This document shows, in pieces, positions 58,401 to 64,000 of a stretch of 64,000 bases of DNA; position 1 is the first letter of the stretch; each line of letters opens with the position of its first letter. The notes under the pieces are model-generated. The model had not been told where the DNA came from. It made no database searches and worked only from the letters and a program-made list of their open reading frames with translations. The stretch is from Longimicrobiales bacterium. GTDB lineage: Bacteria > Gemmatimonadota > Gemmatimonadetes > Longimicrobiales > Gaopeijiaceae. The stretch lies in assembly GCA_965204735.1 (NCBI GenBank), contig OZ242008.1:3712001-3776000 (forward strand), in the 5' to 3' direction. The position numbers and the translations under genes were made by a program.

Positions 58401-60406
58401 CGATGGCTGTTGTACGACCCCAGCTTCTCCAGGAGCGCGACCGTGGCGGGAAGCGGCGACACGCGCTGGACGGGACCGTTGGCCATGTCGGCGACGGTCT
58501 GTCCGCGTCGGCTGACCGCCTTCACGTCGATCCCCTTCGCCACGAGGTAGACGATCAGCTCGTGGTCGCCTCGGGCGGCAGCGTGGTGGAGGGCGTTGTA
58601 GCCGTTGTGGTCCCGCGCGTCGACGTCGGCGCCCAGCTCCTCGACCAGGTAGCGCACCGCAGGGAGCCAGCCGCCGGGAACGTGACGGTGGGCGTTGCCG
58701 GCGAACCCCTCGCCGTAGCCGACCCCGGACGCCGCGTGAATCGGCCACACGCCGGGGCCTCCCACCTCCGCCGGGGGCAAGCCCGACGGGTCCGGCTCCA
58801 GGGCTCGCAGGGAGTCCGCCAGCTCCGACGCCGCCACCAAGTCGGCGCGCAGGTCGTCGCTGGGCGCGGCCAAGAGGTCGTCGGCGAAGTCGGCCCGCAT
58901 CGTCGCGGGAAGGTCGTCCCGCACGGAGCGCAGGAGGGCCGACCGGGCGGAGTCGCCGAGGGCGGCGTAGGTGGTGTCGGAGGCCAGGCGAGTGCGGTTC
59001 TGCTGGCGGAGGAACTCGTCGGGCGACAAGCGGTTGCGGCGGGGAGGCGCCTTGGTCGGGAGTTCAGGGTCCGCGCCGTGGGCGATCAGCAGCCGCATCG
59101 CCTCCACGTCGGTGGCGTAGGCGGCGCGCCAGAAGGCGGTGGCGCCGTTCGTGTCCACGAGGCCGCAGTTCCGGTTCCCGCATCCACTGTACTCCATGTA
59201 CCAGGGGTGCATGGTCAAGCGGGCGTCGGGGTCGGCGCCGGCCTCCAGCAGGGCGGCCGTCACGTCGAGGTAGGTGGCCGACTGGAGGTTCATCTCCTGG
59301 GGCTGGGGGTACCGGGTGCGGGGCTGCCACCGGGCGTTCACCGCCGCCCACAGGGGCGTGGCGCCGTTGAGGGACGAGGCGGCGTCGGGATCGGCGCCCT
59401 GCTCGATCAGCATGAGCGCCACGTCGAACTGGCCGTTGATCACGGCCATGAGGAGGGGGCTGGTGCCGTCGCCCGCGCTGGGCTGGTCGATCTCGGCGCC
59501 TCCGGCCAGCAACGCCGTCGCGGCCTCCCGATGCCCCTGGCGGACCGCGTGCAGCAGTGCGGTGAGGCCGCCCTTGGTGGTGATCCGCCGAGGGCGAAAG
59601 GGGTCCTCTTCCTCTTCTTCGCCGTCCTCGTCGTCTTCCGGAAGACCTTCGGCGTAGACGGACCGGGAGGCTCGCACGGCGGTCTGGAACTCGCCCGGCG
59701 TCGGGGCCCGGTTGCCGCCGGTGAACGCTTCCACCACCTCGGCCCGACGCTCCCCCGCCAGCCGGTCCAGCGCCGCCATGACCTGCAGGTCCTCCACCTC
59801 GCTGGCGAGGGAGGGGTCCGCCCCGGCGCGCAGGAGCGCCCGAACGGCGTCGGCGCGGTTCAGGGAAGCCGCGAAGATCAGCGGCGTCTGCCCCCACCTG
59901 CCCTCCCGAGCATCGGGGTCGGCGCCGCGCTCCAGCAGAAGGGCCACGAGATCGGGGTCGCCTGCCGCCGCCGCCAAGTGGAGCGGGGCGGCCCCGGTGC
60001 TCCGGGCGGCCGCCGACGGATCGGCCCCGGCGTCCAGAAGGGTCGCCGTCACCTCCGCGCTGCCGCTCCGCGCCGCCAAGTGGACGGGCGCGTAGCCGCC
60101 GACCCGCGTCGTGGGGCCGACGGCCGCTCCCGCGCGGAGGAGCATCCGCGCCATCTCCGCATCGGCCCGCTCGGCAGCCCAGTGAAGCGCGGTCATTCCG
60201 TCGCCCTGGGCCGCGTTCACGTCGGCGCCGCCCGCAAGGAGCTCCCGCACGGCATCTCCGTCCCCCCGCATTGCCGCGTCCGCCACCGGCGAATCGGGAC
60301 CGAGCGCCCCCGCCGCCAAGCAGAAGGCGACGGCAACCAGGGCCCCCGTCGATCGCGCGCCCCGCGACCGCCCCGCGACCCGGCCAGCCCGCGCAACCCG
60401 CGCCAT
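58385..60406 (-). CDS. secreted ankyrin-repeat protein (start uncertain)
   Basis: GMTALHWAA, PLHLAA, QTPLIFAA, SPLLMA, NALHHAA repeats. Confidence 0.88.
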   Translation of the reverse strand: MARVARAGRVAGRSRGARSTGALVAVAFCLAAGALGPDSPVADAAMRGDGDAVRELLAGGADVNAAQGDGMTALHWAAERADAEMARMLLRAGAAVGPTTRVGGYAPVHLAARSGSAEVTATLLDAGADPSAAARSTGAAPLHLAAAAGDPDLVALLLERGADPDAREGRWGQTPLIFAASLNRADAVRALLRAGADPSLASEVEDLQVMAALDRLAGERRAEVVEAFTGGNRAPTPGEFQTAVRASRSVYAEGLPEDDEDGEEEEEDPFRPRRITTKGGLTALLHAVRQGHREAATALLAGGAEIDQPSAGDGTSPLLMAVINGQFDVALMLIEQGADPDAASSLNGATPLWAAVNARWQPRTRYPQPQEMNLQSATYLDVTAALLEAGADPDARLTMHPWYMEYSGCGNRNCGLVDTNGATAFWRAAYATDVEAMRLLIAHGADPELPTKAPPRRNRLSPDEFLRQQNRTRLASDTTYAALGDSARSALLRSVRDDLPATMRADFADDLLAAPSDDLRADLVAASELADSLRALEPDPSGLPPAEVGGPGVWPIHAASGVGYGEGFAGNAHRHVPGGWLPAVRYLVEELGADVDARDHNGYNALHHAAARGDHELIVYLVAKGIDVKAVSRRGQTVADMANGPVQRVSPLPATVALLEKLGSYNSHRCLTC

Positions 60407-60467
60407 CCGCGCGCCCCGCGACCAGCCCCTTCGGGTCCTCCGGCGTTCCTTCGCCACTTCGCGCGCC

Positions 60468-61880
60468 CTACCCCTCCGAGACCCCTGCCGACGGCGAGCG
60501 CAGGGAGAACTCGCCGTTGCTGTCGCCGAAGCTCTCCATCTCCATCCCCAGGTCGTTGAGGGCGGCAAGCATGGCGTTGGCCATGGGCGTGCCGTCGTCG
60601 GCCTTCAGGTGCAGGTTGCCCTGCAGGCGGCCGTCGGCGCCCCCCAGGAAGATCAGCGGGCAGCGGCGGTGGTTGTGGAGGTTGGCGTCGGCCATCGGCG
60701 AGCCCCACATGACCATGGTCTTCTCCAGCAGGCTGGCGTCGCCGTCCATCGTGTCCCGGAGCTTCTCCAGGAAGTACGGGAGCTGGCCCACTCGGTAGCG
60801 GCAGATCTTGTTGAACTCCAGAATCGCGTCGTGCCGTCCGCCATGGTGGGAGGCGGGGTGGAAGGGACGGCTCGAGCCGCTCTCGGGGAAGACGCGGTTG
60901 TCGGCGTCGCGTCCCGTCTTGAAGGAGACGATGCGAGTCATGTTCGTCTCCAGCGCCAGGACCTGAAGGTCGAACATCAGCCGCATGTGCTCCGAGAACG
61001 AGTCGGGAACGCCCGCCGGCGCCTCGGGGAGCTCCCGCTCCTCGCCGCCGGTGTTGCGGGACTCGATCGCCGCGATCCGCCGTTCGATCTCCCGGACGTT
61101 CTCCAAGTAGCGGTCCATCCGCTCCCGGTCCACGGCGCCCAGCTCCCGCTGCAAGGTCGCGACCTCGCCGGCGATCCAGTCCAGTATGCTGCGCCGGGAC
61201 GCCCGTCGCGCCGCCCGCGCCTCGGGCGTGCCGCCTGCTCCGAAGAGCATGTCGAAGGCGACCCTGGGATCGCGGATCATCGGCAGGGGCTCGTTGGGAG
61301 AGGCCCAGCTGATCGTGTCCGTGTAGGCGCAGGAGTAGTTGTAGGTGCAGCCCCCGGCCTGGTCCAGGTTCTCGATGCAGAACTGCATCGACGGCAGGGG
61401 CGTGTCCTGGCCGAAGCGCTGGGCGTAGAGTTGGTCCAGCGACGTGCCCACGTAGATGTCGGAGCCCTGGGTCTGCTTCGGGTGCGACTGGGTGAGGAAG
61501 ACGGCGCTGGACCGGAAGTGGTCGCCCCCGATCTCCGGCGCCGAGAACGCCTCGGCCATGCGCGCGTCGGTGTTGCTGACGACGGTGAGGTGCTCCTGGA
61601 AGGGCTCGAGGGGGCTCAGCGCGCTCTCCGGGAGGATGTCGAAGTCCTTCCCCGTGGTTGCCGGCGCGAAGAGGTGCTGGGTGGCGCCCCACTCGTTGCA
61701 CCCGGCCAGACCGTGGACCTCCTCGATGCACACGAGGCGCGTGGGAGCCGCGGGAACGCCGCCGGTGGAGCCTCGAAGCCCGGCGGGAACCATGGCGTCG
61801 AGGAAGGGAAGCGCCGCCGAAGCGCCGATGCCCCGCAGGAAGGTGCGTCGCGGGATGTGCTTGCCGGTGATGAAGTGCAT
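60468..61880 (-). CDS. DUF1552 domain protein (Tat signal)
   Basis: PRRTFLRG..ALPFLDAM; SLDQ; YSCAY; HNH. Confidence 0.88.
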   Translation of the reverse strand: MHFITGKHIPRRTFLRGIGASAALPFLDAMVPAGLRGSTGGVPAAPTRLVCIEEVHGLAGCNEWGATQHLFAPATTGKDFDILPESALSPLEPFQEHLTVVSNTDARMAEAFSAPEIGGDHFRSSAVFLTQSHPKQTQGSDIYVGTSLDQLYAQRFGQDTPLPSMQFCIENLDQAGGCTYNYSCAYTDTISWASPNEPLPMIRDPRVAFDMLFGAGGTPEARAARRASRRSILDWIAGEVATLQRELGAVDRERMDRYLENVREIERRIAAIESRNTGGEERELPEAPAGVPDSFSEHMRLMFDLQVLALETNMTRIVSFKTGRDADNRVFPESGSSRPFHPASHHGGRHDAILEFNKICRYRVGQLPYFLEKLRDTMDGDASLLEKTMVMWGSPMADANLHNHRRCPLIFLGGADGRLQGNLHLKADDGTPMANAMLAALNDLGMEMESFGDSNGEFSLRSPSAGVSEG

Positions 61881-61919
61881 CGTCCTCGGAACCTCCTGGG
61901 TTTTCGCGTGGGGGAAGCG

Positions 61920-64000
61920 CTACGCGGGGGGCGCGCCTCGCGGCGGTCGGGCGCCTTGGGCAGGCGACGGGCTTGCGGGCGACGGGAGTCCCTGGGCTTC
62001 CTCCGCGACGGCGGCCGCAGGCGCCCGCTTCTTGCGGAAGGCGTCGCTCTTCACCACTCCCAGCACGAGGGTCGAGACCTTGTAGCCGTCGGCTTCGGCC
62101 CGACGCGCGATCTCTCGGACGGCGGGCTGGTCGTAGTGCTCGACCCGCCTGCCCAGGGCGTAGGCCATCAGGTTTTCGGTGAAGGTGCGGACCAGGGGAA
62201 GAGGGCGCCGGAGGAGAGCCTGGGCCAGCTCGTCGGGCGTGGCGACGGGCGTGCCGTCGTAGAAGTCGCCCCGGGTGTCCAGGGGCGCGCCGTGCTCCAG
62301 GGAGCGCCACTTGCCGGTGACGTCGAAGTTGTCCAGCGCCAAGCCGATGGGGTCCATGAAGCGGTGGCACGAGTTGCACGCCGGGTTCTCCCGGTGCAGC
62401 TCCATCCGCTCCCGGGTGGTGAGCATCCGGCCTCCCTCGGAGGCGACGGTCTCCTCCAGGTCCGGGATCCCCGGCGGCGGCGGAGGCGGCGGCGTGCCCA
62501 GCAGGACCTCCATGACCCACTTGCCCCGCAGCACCGGCGACGTGCGGTTGGCCAGCGAGGTCAGCACCAGGATGCTCCCGTGGCCCAGAAGGCCGGAGCG
62601 GGGCCCGGCGTCGGGGTAGTCGACCTTGCGGAAGCGGGCGCCGGGCGCCGGCGGGAAGCCGTAGTGGTTGGCCAGCCGCTCGTTGACGAAGGTGTGGCGG
62701 GCGCGGAAGAGGTCCAGCACGCTCCGGTCCTCTTGGACGAGGCTGTTGAAGAACAGCTCCGTCTCCCGGCGCATGTCGCCGGCCAGGTTGTCGTCGAAGT
62801 TGGGGTAGAAGTTGGGGTCCGGGTGGACCTTGGACAGGTCCTGCAGCCGAAGCCACTGGGCGGCGAAGCGGCTGCCCAGGGCCTGGGCGCGGGGGTCGCG
62901 CATCATGCGGACGGCTTGCCGTGCAAGCTCGCTTTCGTCGTGGAGGCCGCCTTGGGCCGCGACTTGCAGAAGCGTCTCGTCGGGCGGCGCGCCCCACAGG
63001 AAGAACGAGAGGCGCGAGGCCAGGTCCTCTCCCGAGAGGAGGTAGTCGGTCCCGGGCGCCACGCCGTCGGGCTGCTTCTCAAGCCGGAAGAGGAAGCGGG
63101 GGCTGGCGAGGAGCGCCTCCAGCGCCGTCCGCACGCCCTCCTCGAAGCCGTGGACGCCGGCGCCAGCCTCGTAGAACGTCATGAGGCCGTCCACGTCGCG
63201 GGCGGCGGCGGGACGGCGGTAGGCCCGGCCGGCGAGTCGCTCGACGATCCGCCGGGCGCAGGGCTCCTCCTCTTCCGGGCTGGTGGGCCGGCAGACGAAG
63301 ACGCGCTTTCGGCTGGGGGACTCGGAGAGGCCGGTGACCGTCAGCGGACCCCCGACGACCAGCTCTCGGAGGTGGGGCAGGGTGGTGATGCCGCTTCCCC
63401 CGGAGCCGCCCCCGGCCATCGACCAGTCGTGGGGCCGGACAAGGTCCTCGTAGGGACCGTCGAAGCGACGCACGAAGGCGGCCGACACCCGCTTCTGCCC
63501 CGCCCGCACGAAGACGGGTTCGGTGCTGATCGGCGCCGCCCCGCGACCGTCCGCGCCTCCGCCCGTGCGCGCGTAGTGAAGCAGTGCGACCCGCTCCCCG
63601 TCCACCGACACGTCCACGTCCTCGAAGCGGGAGTTGGCGCCGGAGGCGAACCCCAGCTTGAAGACGTACTCGCCGTCCGCCGGAAAGACGTGCTCCACCA
63701 CGATGCCGCCCCGCGTTCCGTAGGGCGCTCCCTCGATCCGGTCCCACGAGTGCTGGGACGTGTAGTCCGAGCTCTTGTACGCCCAGTCCACCGAAGGGGC
63801 CGCGCGGTCTCCCACGGCCCGGCGGCTGATCTCGGCGGCGGCGTTCAGGTACGCCTCCACGAGCGTGGGCGACAACGACTGGACGTCGGCGATGTTGTCG
63901 AAGTTGGCGCTCATCTGGTCGGCCGGCAGCCACTCGCCCGCGTCGACCGAGAGGCCCAGCAGATCCTGGATTGCCCGTTCGTACTCGGGGCGGTTCAGGC
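61920..64000 (-). CDS. DUF1592/1588/1595-family (PSD) heme protein, 5' end outside the window
   Basis: LNRPEY..IQDLL, LASRLSFFLW, TSPVLRGKWV, CNSCH. Confidence 0.88.
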   Translation of the reverse strand, partial: LNRPEYERAIQDLLGLSVDAGEWLPADQMSANFDNIADVQSLSPTLVEAYLNAAAEISRRAVGDRAAPSVDWAYKSSDYTSQHSWDRIEGAPYGTRGGIVVEHVFPADGEYVFKLGFASGANSRFEDVDVSVDGERVALLHYARTGGGADGRGAAPISTEPVFVRAGQKRVSAAFVRRFDGPYEDLVRPHDWSMAGGGSGGSGITTLPHLRELVVGGPLTVTGLSESPSRKRVFVCRPTSPEEEEPCARRIVERLAGRAYRRPAAARDVDGLMTFYEAGAGVHGFEEGVRTALEALLASPRFLFRLEKQPDGVAPGTDYLLSGEDLASRLSFFLWGAPPDETLLQVAAQGGLHDESELARQAVRMMRDPRAQALGSRFAAQWLRLQDLSKVHPDPNFYPNFDDNLAGDMRRETELFFNSLVQEDRSVLDLFRARHTFVNERLANHYGFPPAPGARFRKVDYPDAGPRSGLLGHGSILVLTSLANRTSPVLRGKWVMEVLLGTPPPPPPPGIPDLEETVASEGGRMLTTRERMELHRENPACNSCHRFMDPIGLALDNFDVTGKWRSLEHGAPLDTRGDFYDGTPVATPDELAQALLRRPLPLVRTFTENLMAYALGRRVEHYDQPAVREIARRAEADGYKVSTLVLGVVKSDAFRKKRAPAAAVAEEAQGLPSPASPSPAQGARPPRGAPPA

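Overview
GC-rich bacterial chromosomal window. The gene content (VPS10-repeat protein, beta-propeller lipoprotein, TonB receptor plus DUF4249, DUF1592-DUF1552-ankyrin cluster) suggests Gemmatimonadota or similar, but this is inference only. Family names come from motif recognition, not database searches. About 0.7-20.4 kb is a defence island built on a split Type I restriction-modification (RM) system. Its best candidate for a novel system is a translationally coupled operon: DUF6978-like, DUF1828, HsdM fused to a PIN ribonuclease, three small SYVKxLREIR antitoxin-like modules (one fused to a second PIN that carries a copy of the HsdM terminal helix), a single-TRD HsdS and a truncated Schlafen/AlbA_2 gene. 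After this come IS21 elements, a SLOG gene, a second DUF6978/DUF1828-1829 pair and hsdR. The rest of the window holds a Tat-exported PaoABC-like Mo-hydroxylase with a cytochrome b, form II coxSLM-like genes, a Fic gene, ureABCEFGD (ureF has no canonical start), a VPS10 protein, a stand-alone tRNA-Ile(GAT), an intact IS1380 with a CTAG duplication, a TonB cassette, imuA-imuB-dnaE2, an ABC exporter, an AbiEii-type pair, and ankyrin, DUF1552 and DUF1592 genes.
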